From the NCBI GenBank assembly GCA_919901915.1, contig CAKKQB010000013.1, positions 64,192-128,191 of the forward strand: DNA of 64,000 bases. The letters run 5' to 3'. This stretch comes from Omnitrophica bacterium GWA2_41_15. Its GTDB lineage: Bacteria > Omnitrophota > Gorgyraeia > Gygaellales > Profunditerraquicolaceae. A model generated the notes under the pieces. That model made no database searches. It saw only the letters and a list, made by a program, of their open reading frames with translations, and had not been told where the DNA came from. Numbering within the stretch: position 1 is the stretch's first letter; every line of letters begins with the position of its first letter. The translations under genes were made by a program, and so were the position numbers. Below, piece by piece: positions 46,485 through 56,338 of the stretch.

Positions 46485-47642
46485 TTAACGATTCCTCTTC
46501 AAAAAACTTTCTATTCTACTTAACGCCTCTTTCAAATTATCAAAACTTGCGGCATAGGATATGCGAATATTGTCCGCGAACTGAGCGCCAAAAGCTGTGC
46601 CCGGAATAACCGCGACCTTTTCCTCCTTTAAAAGCTGTTGGCAAAAATCCATCGCCTTAAGACCGCTGCTTTTTATGCTGGGAAAAGCATAGAAAGCACC
46701 CTGCGGCTTTGAACACTCAAGGCCGATGCGATTCAGCTCACTAACCACAAACTCTCTTCTTCGTTTATATTCACGCTTCATCTCTTCCACTGATTTTCTG
46801 CCTGAATGCATCGCTTCAGAAGCAGCTATTTGAGAAGTAATAGACACGCACATAATGGTATACTGATGAATCTTAGTCATAGCCGCGATAATCTCTTTTG
46901 GGCCGCAAGCAAAGCCCACACGCCAGCCAGTCATCGCGTAACTTTTGGAAAAACCATCAAGATAAACAGTCGAATTTTTTGCTTGAGGCAATGTCGCGAA
47001 AGGCGTATGAGTAAAATCATACGTCAAATCTCCATAAACCTCATCGCTGATACAAAGCAGATTATACTTCAACGCGATCTTCTTAATTTCCTCTAATTCT
47101 TTTTTAGTATAAGATACGCCCGTAGGATTAGTAGGGTAGTTCAATATAATTGCTTTAGCTTTCTTGTCTATGCTCTTCTCCAAGCTTTCCGGTGTAAGCT
47201 TAAAATTGTTTTTACTTGTATCGATATAAACAGGTATACCGCCGGCTAATTCACTAACCGGGCCGTAAGAAACATAACATGGCTCGGGTATAATTATTTT
47301 ATCACCCGGATTTATAATGGAACGCAAAACTAAATCCAAAGCCTCGCTTACCCCAACAGTAATCAAAATCTCTTCATCCGGACAATAATCCAAACCGTAT
47401 TTATTTTTTAGGTATTGTGAAATGGTCAGCCTTAATTTATACAAGCCCTTATTTGAGGTGTAAGAGGTAAAACCCTCTTCTAATGAAGCTATCCCTGCTT
47501 CGCGTATCTGCCAAGGCGTAACAAAATCCGGCTCACCCACGCCAAGGGAAATTACATCCTTCATGCCTAATACTAAATCAAAAAACGCGCGAATTCCGGA
47601 GGGATGCATTTGCTTAACTTTTTCGGAAACCAAATCTTTCAT
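46485..47642 (-). CDS. class I/II PLP-dependent aminotransferase (aspartate aminotransferase-like)
   Basis: 385 aa; NPTG, SKSYAMTGWRVGF PLP-lysine region. Confidence 0.85.
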   Translation of the reverse strand: MKDLVSEKVKQMHPSGIRAFFDLVLGMKDVISLGVGEPDFVTPWQIREAGIASLEEGFTSYTSNKGLYKLRLTISQYLKNKYGLDYCPDEEILITVGVSEALDLVLRSIINPGDKIIIPEPCYVSYGPVSELAGGIPVYIDTSKNNFKLTPESLEKSIDKKAKAIILNYPTNPTGVSYTKKELEEIKKIALKYNLLCISDEVYGDLTYDFTHTPFATLPQAKNSTVYLDGFSKSYAMTGWRVGFACGPKEIIAAMTKIHQYTIMCVSITSQIAASEAMHSGRKSVEEMKREYKRRREFVVSELNRIGLECSKPQGAFYAFPSIKSSGLKAMDFCQQLLKEEKVAVIPGTAFGAQFADNIRISYAASFDNLKEALSRIESFLKRNR

Positions 47643-47650
47643 CGTTTTCA

Positions 47651-47718
47651 GCGTTTAGCGGATAGCGTTTAGCGTATAGTTTTTTTTATCCGCTATACGC
47701 TCTACGCTATACGCTATT
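47651..47718. repeat. family F palindrome between lrp and aminotransferase
   Basis: arms around T8 loop. Confidence 0.85.
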
Positions 47719-48202
47719 AATACGATATAGCTATCCTCTTATTCTCTTCCCTGTGCTTCAAAATCACTCCATCTTCCTTATATTTTTTTAATAAAAAGTG
47801 CGTGACTATGCCGCGGATATTCTCGAGGCAAGAAAGTTTCTCCGCTACAAATTGTGAAACTTTTTGTAAATTCTTGCCCTCAACTATAACCAAAAGGTCA
47901 TACGTGCCGGAAATCAAGCAACAGTCAGTTACCTCCGGAAACGAATAAATACGCTCAGCAATTTTATCAAAACCAATATCCTTTTGCGGAGCAATATTAA
48001 CCTCTATCAAAGCCCTGACGGAAGGCTCTTCGGTTTTAATTAAATCCTTATTTATTACTGTTTTATATTTTAAAATTATCCCCTCTTTTTCATACTTTTT
48101 TATCGCCTCTTTTATTGCCTCCGGCTTTTTCTTTAACATTTTCGCGATCTCTTCCGGAGTTACAAGCGCGTTCTTTTCTAATATCTCTAATATTTCGTCC
48201 AT
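47717..48202 (-). CDS. lrp: Lrp/AsnC-family transcriptional regulator
   Basis: 161 aa; HTH + RAM domain. Confidence 0.85.
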   Translation of the reverse strand: MDEILEILEKNALVTPEEIAKMLKKKPEAIKEAIKKYEKEGIILKYKTVINKDLIKTEEPSVRALIEVNIAPQKDIGFDKIAERIYSFPEVTDCCLISGTYDLLVIVEGKNLQKVSQFVAEKLSCLENIRGIVTHFLLKKYKEDGVILKHREENKRIAISY

Positions 48203-48225
48203 TACCTCGCTCCTTTCAGTCGCTC

Positions 48226-48288
48226 GGAGAGAACAGATTACAGAGTACGGATTACTGAAAGATTTTTCTGTGCTCTGTTCTCTGTGCT
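48226..48288. repeat. family G heptamer palindrome (CAGAGAA/CAGAGCA units) forming nadE 3' end
   Basis: gagagaacagattacagag ... ctgtgctctgttctctgtgc. Confidence 0.8.
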
Positions 48289-49008
48289 TTCTTTAATATA
48301 GCATATTTTCGGCCCTTCCCTCTTATGCTCTGATTTCTTTACCATATTTTTTACTTTATTTACTTTCTCTTTTGATAAGACCTGTTTCTTCTTGTTTTCC
48401 AAACGCTCCAATATGTCATCTAACTCGTTATAGGTAAGCCCCATTTCTCCTTCATCGGTCTGGCCTGGCCAGAGTCCGGCAGTAGGCGGCTTAGTAACAA
48501 TGGATTCGGGAATCTTTAATTCTTTAGCCAATGCCCTTACCTGTTTTTTTAATAAACCGCCGATTGGCAAAATATCCGTTGCCCCGTCGCCATACTTGGT
48601 AAAATAACCGACTTCAATTTCAGATCTATTTCCTGTGCCGCAGACAAGATAATTAAGTTTATTGGCAAAATAATATAAAACTAACATCCTTAAGCGCGGT
48701 TTTAAATTTGCCAAAGCTAACGGCCCCGCTTTGGGTAAAATTTTCATGACATTGTCGTAAATATCAGCCAAATCAATTAATTTTATTTTTATCCCAAATT
48801 TCCTTGCCACTAACTTTGCGTCATCTAAATCCTGTTTTTGACTATGACAGCCAAGAAACAAAACCAAAAGTTTTTGTTTACCCAGCGCTTCCCTGGCTAA
48901 AACAGCTACCACCGCGGAATCTATCCCCCCGCTTAAACCCATAACAATACCCTTTGCCTTAGCCGCTTTGACCTGCTGCCTAATCCAAGAAATAATTTTC
49001 TTTTTCAT
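48238..49008 (-). CDS. nadE: NH3-dependent NAD+ synthetase; C-terminus supplied by heptamer repeat
   Basis: GLSGGIDSAVVAVLA PP-loop; last 16 aa STENRAQKNLSVIRTL encoded by repeat 48226-48288. Confidence 0.85.
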   Translation of the reverse strand: MKKKIISWIRQQVKAAKAKGIVMGLSGGIDSAVVAVLAREALGKQKLLVLFLGCHSQKQDLDDAKLVARKFGIKIKLIDLADIYDNVMKILPKAGPLALANLKPRLRMLVLYYFANKLNYLVCGTGNRSEIEVGYFTKYGDGATDILPIGGLLKKQVRALAKELKIPESIVTKPPTAGLWPGQTDEGEMGLTYNELDDILERLENKKKQVLSKEKVNKVKNMVKKSEHKREGPKICYIKESTENRAQKNLSVIRTL

Positions 49009-49107
49009 ATTTTATTTAAAAATATCACCTAAATAAACCGGGACCGAGAACCGCCCCTGTTTCTTGCCCCTGCTTCTCACAATATTGCACTTTTAAGCAA
49101 TGCTCGT

Positions 49108-49815
49108 TTACGCGGCTTCGCGCAAAAAATTTGTACCCCTGCAGGCGCCGACGCAAACTCCGCAAACATATTGATCTGCTAATCTCTGCTTTTGAAACTC
49201 CTTTAACTTCTCAAAACACTTGATATGATCAAATTCTGTTGCTTCCTCTTTTATTGCTCCAGAGGGACATATTTTAGCACAAAGCATACAACTACCGCAA
49301 TCTTTTTTTACCGGCTTATCTATTTTCAAAGGCATATTGGTAAGTATGGTAACTAAGCGAAATTGACTTCCTAAGGTTTCGTTAACCAATAAATTATTCC
49401 TGCCAATCCAGCCTAAACCAGCTAAGACACCTATCTTTTTATGCGAAAGATGCGCCTTTTGGTTCTGCCAATCTAAAATTATTGAAGCAGGAATTGGCAA
49501 GGCAAGAAAACTTTTTTTCTGTATGTAATTACATATTTTAAGGCTACTCTGATCCAAAAACGCGTTGACTACGCGATAATGATGAAAATAAAGACGGGTA
49601 GGACTATCAACAATTTCTTCTAAAATACTCCCGGATAACCTTACGCCCAGGCAAACCGCGCTATCTAATTTATCAATGGCCTTGCCAGATAAAAGAAAAT
49701 CCTTTTTTATCTCTTTGATATCCGCGACACCAAATAAATCTATACCTAAATCCTGACAGAATTTCTTTAATTGCGAATAATTTTTATTTTTGCTTACACT
49801 CTCTTGCATATACAA
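49108..49815 (-). CDS. epoxyqueuosine reductase (QueG)-like 4Fe-4S protein, short form
   Basis: 235 aa; GLGWIGRNNLLVN...LGSQFRLVTILT like QueG core; CGSCMLCAKICPSGAI ferredoxin motif. Confidence 0.5.
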   Translation of the reverse strand: MYMQESVSKNKNYSQLKKFCQDLGIDLFGVADIKEIKKDFLLSGKAIDKLDSAVCLGVRLSGSILEEIVDSPTRLYFHHYRVVNAFLDQSSLKICNYIQKKSFLALPIPASIILDWQNQKAHLSHKKIGVLAGLGWIGRNNLLVNETLGSQFRLVTILTNMPLKIDKPVKKDCGSCMLCAKICPSGAIKEEATEFDHIKCFEKLKEFQKQRLADQYVCGVCVGACRGTNFLREAA

Positions 49816-49832
49816 TTATCAAAAACCACCCT

Positions 49833-49901
49833 GTCATTCTGAGGCCCTGAAGGGGCCGAAGAATCTCGACGCTAATAAGATCCTTCGCTTCGCTCAGGAT
49901 G
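49833..49901. repeat. family B internal hairpin module without TIRs, overlapping mnmG 3' end
   Basis: gtcattctgaggccctgaaggggccgaagaatctcgacgctaataagatccttcgcttcgctcaggatgac. Confidence 0.7.
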
Positions 49902-51773
49902 ACAAAAATGAGATATTTTCTTCAAATACACCATTAAAATAGAAATGGCCGCGGGCGTTACTCCGGAAATTCGCGAAGCCTGGCCCAGATTTAATGGCCT
50001 AAACTTACTTAGCTTTTCTTTAACCTCTCTCGAAAGGCTATTGATAGCAGTATAATCCAACCCCTCCGGAAGCCTGATTTTTTCTAAATTTTTAAATCTC
50101 TCCACATCCTTTAATTGCCTCCGGATAAATCCCGCGTATTTTACCTCAATTTCAATCTGACGTAAAGCTAATTCCGGAAAATTATTGAAAAAATCCTCCT
50201 GGCACAAGTTTTTTAATTTCTCGATGTCAATCTGCGGCCTTTTTAAGAGCTCCTCAAGAGTTACGGATTTCTTTAAAGGAGAACTACTATATTGGGTCAG
50301 CTTATCATTGACCTCCCGCGTTGGCTTAAGACGCGTATTTCTTATACAATTAAAACCTTCGGTTATCGCGTCTTTTTTCCTTTGTAATTTTTCATAATCC
50401 TTGCTATTTACCAATCCTAAATCATACCCTATTTTTCCAAGGCGTAAATCCGCGTTATCTTCGCGCAAGATCAAGCGATATTCCACGCGCGAAGTAAACA
50501 TCCGGTATGGCTCAAGAGTTCCCTTAATAGTTAAATCATCTATCAATACGCCAATATAGCTGGTCGCGCGATCCAAAATCAATGCCTCCTTAGATTTTAC
50601 TCTTAAGGCCGCGTTTATTCCCGCGATTAAACCCTGGGCTGCTGCTTCCTCATAACCGGTAGTGCCATTAATTTGTCCGGCAAAATATAAATTCTTAATC
50701 AATTTTGTTTCTAAAGAAAGCTTTAGCTGGGTAGGCTCTGCCACAGTATGCTCTATTCCATAACCAAAACGAATAATTTTAGCATTCTCTAATCCTTCAA
50801 TTGAATGTATTAAGTCCGATTGCGCGTCTTCAGGCAAACTTGTGGACAGGCCATTCGGATACACCTCATCCGTAGACAAACCTTCTAGCTCCAGAAACAC
50901 CTGGTGCCTTTCTTTATCAGAAAATTTAACAATTTTGTCTTCAACTGACGGACAATAGCGGACTCCCGTTGCCTTGATAAGGCCGGTATAGAGCGGAGAA
51001 CGGCATAAATTATCAAGAATAATTTTATGAGTTCTTTTATTTGTATAGGTTATATGGCAGGGAACTTGTTTTTGTATTAACTTTTCACTTGAAAAAGAAA
51101 ACGCTCGCGCCGGATTATCCCCTTCCTGAACTATAAGCTTAGAAAAATCTATTGTATTCTTATCTAAGCGGCTGCAGGTCCCGGTTTTAAATCTAAGCAA
51201 ATAGAAACCTAACTCCTTTAGGTTATTTGTCAGGCCTATCGCCGCTGGCTCATTGATGCGCCCCGCGCTAAAAGACTTAAGGCCAACATAGATTAAGCCA
51301 TCTAAAAACGTGCCCGGACAGATAACCACGGTTTTGGATAAAATCTCCTCGTCCTTACTCGTAACCACCCCCATCACTATATTATCAGAAACTACCAATC
51401 TTTTTACCTCCGCCTCTTTGATAAAAAGATTTTCCTGTTTCTCCAATATTTCCTTCATATACTGGCTGTATATTTCCATATCCACCTGCGCGCGGGATGA
51501 TTGCACAGCCGGCCCCTTAGAGGCATTAAGAATTCTAAACTGAATTCCGCTAAAATCAGCGGCCTTCGCCATTTGCCCGCCCAAGGCATCAATCTCTTTT
51601 ACAAGCTGGCCCTTGCCTACTCCGCCAATCGCCGGATTACAGCTCATCAAGCCTATTGTTTTCACGCTCAAAGTAATAATAAGCGTCTTGCAGCCCATCC
51701 GCGCTGAAGCCAACCCTGCCTCAATTCCAGCATGGCCGGCGCCAATAATTATAACGTCGTAATTTTGAGTCAT
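49872..51773 (-). CDS. mnmG: tRNA uridine-5-carboxymethylaminomethyl modification enzyme MnmG; C-terminus runs into MITE
   Basis: 633 aa; IIIGAGHAG FAD motif; terminal HFCHPERSEGSY encoded by repeat 49872-49901. Confidence 0.95.
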   Translation of the reverse strand: MTQNYDVIIIGAGHAGIEAGLASARMGCKTLIITLSVKTIGLMSCNPAIGGVGKGQLVKEIDALGGQMAKAADFSGIQFRILNASKGPAVQSSRAQVDMEIYSQYMKEILEKQENLFIKEAEVKRLVVSDNIVMGVVTSKDEEILSKTVVICPGTFLDGLIYVGLKSFSAGRINEPAAIGLTNNLKELGFYLLRFKTGTCSRLDKNTIDFSKLIVQEGDNPARAFSFSSEKLIQKQVPCHITYTNKRTHKIILDNLCRSPLYTGLIKATGVRYCPSVEDKIVKFSDKERHQVFLELEGLSTDEVYPNGLSTSLPEDAQSDLIHSIEGLENAKIIRFGYGIEHTVAEPTQLKLSLETKLIKNLYFAGQINGTTGYEEAAAQGLIAGINAALRVKSKEALILDRATSYIGVLIDDLTIKGTLEPYRMFTSRVEYRLILREDNADLRLGKIGYDLGLVNSKDYEKLQRKKDAITEGFNCIRNTRLKPTREVNDKLTQYSSSPLKKSVTLEELLKRPQIDIEKLKNLCQEDFFNNFPELALRQIEIEVKYAGFIRRQLKDVERFKNLEKIRLPEGLDYTAINSLSREVKEKLSKFRPLNLGQASRISGVTPAAISILMVYLKKISHFCHPERSEGSY

Positions 51774-51823
51774 TCGTAAATATTATGAAGTAATTATCGT
51801 AAATATTTAATAGACAACCTGAT

Positions 51824-51987
51824 AACGAAAGTTCCTGTTTGCGCACGAAATTTTTTGCCATGCGCTACGGTTTACTCCTCGTTTCCGCAGTGACTTACCA
51901 AAAAAAACAAGTGCTCCAACTCGTCGTAAATCCTTGCGCACATTTGGCAAAAAAATTTCTAATTGTGCGCAAACAGGAACTTTCGTT
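51824..51987. repeat. 164-bp element bounded by 23-bp perfect inverted repeats (AACGAAAGTTCCTGTTTGCGCAC) adjacent to MITE A copy 2
   Basis: arms at 51824-51846 and 51965-51987. Confidence 0.65.
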
Positions 51988-52171
51988 GAGTCTGTTGCGA
52001 AATGCCATTTTTCGTCATTCCGGCGAAAGCCGGAATCCAGAACTCTTTGATTTCAATAGGCTTATGGATACCGGCGACCGAGGGCGAAATGCCCGAGGAA
52101 GTGTCAGAGCCCAACTGGGCTCGACCTTTCGCCGGTATGACGGTTTTAATGTATTTCGCAACAGTCCCTCG
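51988..52171. mobile_element. MITE family A, second copy
   Basis: ~95% identical to 8013-8218 including TIRs. Confidence 0.8.
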
Positions 52172-52280
52172 TTATCTGACAACCATCATTTTTTATCACA
52201 TTATTTACGAAAGAACCATAATTTTCCATATAAATTAAAAAAAATGCTATAATTTAGATTCTTTCGTATTTAAAATAATC

Positions 52281-52310
52281 CGTAGGGGCGGTTCGTGAAC
52301 CGCCCTTACG
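52281..52310 (-). terminator. 30-bp perfect palindrome CGTAGGGGCGGTTCGTGAACCGCCCTTACG downstream of apgM (terminator or repeat family)
   Basis: GC-rich 12-bp stem; minus strand followed by ATTATTTTAAAT. Confidence 0.5.
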
Positions 52311-52353
52311 ACGAAACATAAATCATTGAAACGGTTGATTGGCGCGTTTAATA

Positions 52354-53637
52354 TTATTCTCTCGCGCTTTTCACGAGGAGAGGCATGATATCCCGGCCAA
52401 GAAGCTCGCCAAGCGAACCAAGCGATGCCGCTTTTTCAGAAAAACTTAAAGAACCGTCGGGCTTAATGTTTCCACCCGAGATAAGCAAAGGAACGGGGTC
52501 AGAGGAATGGGCTTTTATGACGCAAACAGTAGAATGATCCGCGGTTACAGCAATAATCGTATTGTTTATATCTATTTTTGGCAAAAAGCTTGAAAAAAAA
52601 TACTTATCTATCGCTTCAATAATGTCTTTCTTTTTATTAAAATCTCCGTCGTGCGCTGGCTCATCAGGGCCTTTGATATGCACATAAATACCATCATATT
52701 TCTTCATTGATTCCAAAGCCACCTTAGCCCAAACAGGATAATCCACATCTAAATGCCCGCTTGCATCAGGAACATCAATTATATCCATACCTGTTAATAA
52801 GGCAATCCCTTTTTCTACAGGCATCTGCACAAATGAACCAAACTTTACATCGTAAAAACTCTGAATAGGGGGAAATTTAGGGATGTGGTCCCCCGCGTCA
52901 CGCGATAAAATCACATTGCCGGGCATCTTATTTTCAGAAATCCTCTTTTTATTAACTAAGGAATCATTTAAAACTTTATGGGATTTCTGGGTAAATTCAT
53001 TTAAAAGCGCGGCCGCCTCCTTTGACTCGGGTGAATTCTCGTATCCGGGCATAGGAATTGACTCAACCACAAAATTCTCAAATTTCTCCTTGGCAACACC
53101 AAACACACCCTCCCTGTCATACGCGGGATCAGTATTAGTAATCCATCCGGATAATCTAGAGCGAACCCCTCTTATCACCAAAATTCCGCGATGCCCAATA
53201 GTACTTTTAAATTCAAAAGTCGCGCTTGAAAGCGTAACCTTTGAATTAATTTCTTTTGATAAAGCGACAGCCTCTTCAGTGGTAAGATTTCTTCCCACGC
53301 GCCTATCCTTAATTGTCAAGCCATCTGGCGCCACTGTGGCAAAATTAACCCGGAAAGCCACATCACCATCATTTACAACCAACCCTTCCGCGAAAGATTC
53401 TAAGGGCCCTCTGCCTGTATAATATTTGTGCGCGTCATAGCCTAAAAGACTGATTACCGCGATATCCGACTCCGGAGCAATTCCCTTAGCAACAGGATAA
53501 ACAATACCGGTTCTGCCTTTTTGAGCAAGACGATCAAGATTAGGCGTTAAAGCCGCCTCTAAAGGAGTTTTATTACCTAATTCCTTAACCGGTAAATCAC
53601 CTAAACCATCGAGAACTATATAAATAATTTTTTTCAT
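52354..53637 (-). CDS. apgM: archaeal-type cofactor-independent phosphoglycerate mutase
   Basis: 427 aa; MKKIIYIVLDGLGD metalloenzyme N-terminus. Confidence 0.85.
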   Translation of the reverse strand: MKKIIYIVLDGLGDLPVKELGNKTPLEAALTPNLDRLAQKGRTGIVYPVAKGIAPESDIAVISLLGYDAHKYYTGRGPLESFAEGLVVNDGDVAFRVNFATVAPDGLTIKDRRVGRNLTTEEAVALSKEINSKVTLSSATFEFKSTIGHRGILVIRGVRSRLSGWITNTDPAYDREGVFGVAKEKFENFVVESIPMPGYENSPESKEAAALLNEFTQKSHKVLNDSLVNKKRISENKMPGNVILSRDAGDHIPKFPPIQSFYDVKFGSFVQMPVEKGIALLTGMDIIDVPDASGHLDVDYPVWAKVALESMKKYDGIYVHIKGPDEPAHDGDFNKKKDIIEAIDKYFFSSFLPKIDINNTIIAVTADHSTVCVIKAHSSDPVPLLISGGNIKPDGSLSFSEKAASLGSLGELLGRDIMPLLVKSARE

Positions 53638-53644
53638 ATTTTAT

Positions 53645-53700
53645 TAGCGCGGATAGCGTTTAATTTTTTCTATACGCTATACGCTCTACGCTATACGCTA
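53645..53700. repeat. family F palindrome between nrdJ and apgM
   Basis: agcgcggat agcgttt ... atacgct atacgct ctacgct atacgct. Confidence 0.85.
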
Positions 53701-53710
53701 AAACTTTTAT

Positions 53711-56068
53711 TTAACATTTACTAAATCCGCACCCCTGACATTTGACACAACCCTCTTCGTGACGCAATGTTCCTCCGCAATCAGGACAAACACCCATAAT
53801 CTCCCCATGCAATTTAGCGTTAAAAATAACAGCTTCATCACTAGAAGAGTGCTTCATAGCCATATCTACGGATTCTAAAGAAGCTACAGCCGAGGCGCCA
53901 TTTATCAACCTTTTCTCAATCACACGGGCAATAGCATCAGCGCAAGAAAATATTCGCTGCCCCTTTTCCCATGATGGACTGGGACAACGGATATTGCGCA
54001 ATTGCTCAATAATGGATTTTACCTCAATGCCTGAACGAAAAGCCAGAGAAACCAACCGGCCAATAGCTTCGAGCTGAGAAGCAGCGCAACCACCGGCTTT
54101 ACCCATCTGAGTAAAAAGCTCAAAAGGCATACCTCCTTCATCACTATTGGTTGTTATATATAAGTTACCGCATCCTGTAGCGACTTTGGTCGTTGTGCCG
54201 CTAATTACTTCCGGCCGCGGCTGCGGAGCAATTTCTTTCTTAGTCTCTGGAGTTTTTGTATCCTGTTTTTGCTCATTATGCGCGATATTTAAAACCTGTT
54301 CTTCACGGCTCCTATCACGATATATGGTAATACCCTTACAACCCAATTCATAAGCCAGCTCATAAGCGCGCTCGACATCTTCTATTGTTGCCTCATGAGG
54401 AAAATTAATAGTTTTGGATACAGCGTTATGTGTATATTTCTGAAAGACAGCCTGCATACGCACATGCCACTCAGGCGAAATATCGTGCGAAGTAACAAAT
54501 ACCCTCCTTATGTCTCCGGGAATATCCTTAAAATCATGAATAGAACCTTTTTCAGTAATTCTTTGTATCAACTCGCGGCTATAAAAACCTCTTTCACGCG
54601 CCACCTTTTCAAATAACGGCTCAACCTCCATCAATTTATTATTATCCATTACATTACGATAATAGGATAAAGCGAATAACGGCTCTATCCCTGAAGAACA
54701 GGGCCCGGCAATAATACTAATTGTTCCGGTAGGAGCAATAGTAGTTAAAGTGGCATTGCGCAGACGCAACCCCTTAGAACCTTCTTTTTTATCATAAATA
54801 CTGCCTTCAAAAACAGGAAATAATCCTTTCGTCTTGCCTAATTCCTGCGACTTCTTAATTGCCTCATTTAACACAAAAGACATCACCTTATCGGCAAGGT
54901 TAACCGCTTCATCGCTATTGTAAGGAATATTAAGCTGTATTAATAAACTTGCCCAACCCATAACGCCTAAACCGATTTTACGCGTTAATTTTGTGGCTTT
55001 TTCTATAGCAGGTAATGGAAATTTATTTACATCAATAAGATTGTCCAGAAAATACACGGCTAAATGCGTTACGCTTCTTAATTTATCCCAATCAATCCGT
55101 TCGGCGCACTTTGTTTGCTCAGGATTGATGGTGAGCGTAGTCGAACCATCAATTTCACAGCCTCCTGCTCCTTTTTCCTTAATCATCCGCGCCAAATTTA
55201 CAGAACCTAAATCACAACTTTCATAAGGCAAAAGTACTTGCTCACCACACGGATTTGTTGATTCATATCTTCCCAATTTCGGCGTGGGATTAAAATCATT
55301 CATCCTATCAATAAAAATAAGTCCTGGTTCGCCATTCTTATGCGCCTGTTTTACGATTAAATCAAATACTTTTTTCGCGCTAAGCTGCCGGACGGCTTTA
55401 TTTGTATGGGGGTCAATCAAATCATACTCTTGTCCATTTTGTAATTTCCGCATAAAATCATGAGTTATGGCAACCGAAATATTGAAATTAGTAATCTCTT
55501 TATTACTGTTCTTACAAGTAATAAATTCCAATATATCCGGATGGTCTACACGCAAAATACCCATGTTAGCGCCTCTGCGGCAACCGCCCTGCTTTACCGC
55601 CTCTGTTGCCGCATCATAAACTCTCATAAAAGAAATCGGGCCTGAGGCAACCCCTCCAGTGGTTCTAACCATAGAGTTTTTAGGGCGCAGGCGAGAAAAA
55701 GAAAACCCTGTACCTCCACCGGATTGATGAATCAGAGATGTTGCTTTTAATGTTTCAAATATCGACTCCATAGAATCTTCAATGGGAAGTGTAAAACAAG
55801 CGCTCAATTGAGCAAGCTCTTTTCCCGCGTTCATAAGGCAAGGCGAATTCGGCATAAATTCCAAGGCAGTCATAATACGATAAAAAGCCTCTTCTAATTG
55901 AGCTATCTCTTCTTCTGTCTTACCATAAAGTTTATCCGCGCTGGCAATCGCTTTTGCTACACGGCGAAATAACTCTTGCGGCTTTTCGACAACACAACCC
56001 GTCTCATCCTTGCTCAAATATCTTTTTTCTAATACCTTTAAAGCATTCTCAGAAAGTTTTAATGTCAT
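53711..56068 (-). CDS. nrdJ: class II (adenosylcobalamin-dependent) ribonucleotide reductase
   Basis: 785 aa; LKVLEKRYL N-terminus, catalytic Cys loop, C-terminal CPDCGG...CVKCQGC zinc ribbon. Confidence 0.9.
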   Translation of the reverse strand: MTLKLSENALKVLEKRYLSKDETGCVVEKPQELFRRVAKAIASADKLYGKTEEEIAQLEEAFYRIMTALEFMPNSPCLMNAGKELAQLSACFTLPIEDSMESIFETLKATSLIHQSGGGTGFSFSRLRPKNSMVRTTGGVASGPISFMRVYDAATEAVKQGGCRRGANMGILRVDHPDILEFITCKNSNKEITNFNISVAITHDFMRKLQNGQEYDLIDPHTNKAVRQLSAKKVFDLIVKQAHKNGEPGLIFIDRMNDFNPTPKLGRYESTNPCGEQVLLPYESCDLGSVNLARMIKEKGAGGCEIDGSTTLTINPEQTKCAERIDWDKLRSVTHLAVYFLDNLIDVNKFPLPAIEKATKLTRKIGLGVMGWASLLIQLNIPYNSDEAVNLADKVMSFVLNEAIKKSQELGKTKGLFPVFEGSIYDKKEGSKGLRLRNATLTTIAPTGTISIIAGPCSSGIEPLFALSYYRNVMDNNKLMEVEPLFEKVARERGFYSRELIQRITEKGSIHDFKDIPGDIRRVFVTSHDISPEWHVRMQAVFQKYTHNAVSKTINFPHEATIEDVERAYELAYELGCKGITIYRDRSREEQVLNIAHNEQKQDTKTPETKKEIAPQPRPEVISGTTTKVATGCGNLYITTNSDEGGMPFELFTQMGKAGGCAASQLEAIGRLVSLAFRSGIEVKSIIEQLRNIRCPSPSWEKGQRIFSCADAIARVIEKRLINGASAVASLESVDMAMKHSSSDEAVIFNAKLHGEIMGVCPDCGGTLRHEEGCVKCQGCGFSKC

Positions 56069-56149
56069 TTTTTTTCTCCCTATCGTATTACATTTGACAC
56101 TATCATATTACACGTATTGTCAAAAGTATTTAGTTAATTCTTTTATATC

Positions 56150-56225
56150 TGCTGGCTCTTGTCATTCCGGCGAAAGCCGGAATCCAGTCTTCTGGACCCC
56201 GGCTTTCGCCGGGGTGACATCTTAA
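56150..56225. repeat. pair of family A-type hairpins upstream of nrdJ
   Basis: gtcattccggcgaaagccggaatccag + ctggaccccggctttcgccggggtgac. Confidence 0.65.
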
Positions 56226-56338
56226 ATTTTCTATAATAAGTATAACCTATACAAAAATTTTTGTCAAGAAAAAAACACAATCTATAGTATTATATTAAAT
56301 TAAGTATACAATATGCTGTATTTTACCTCGAGTGGGGT

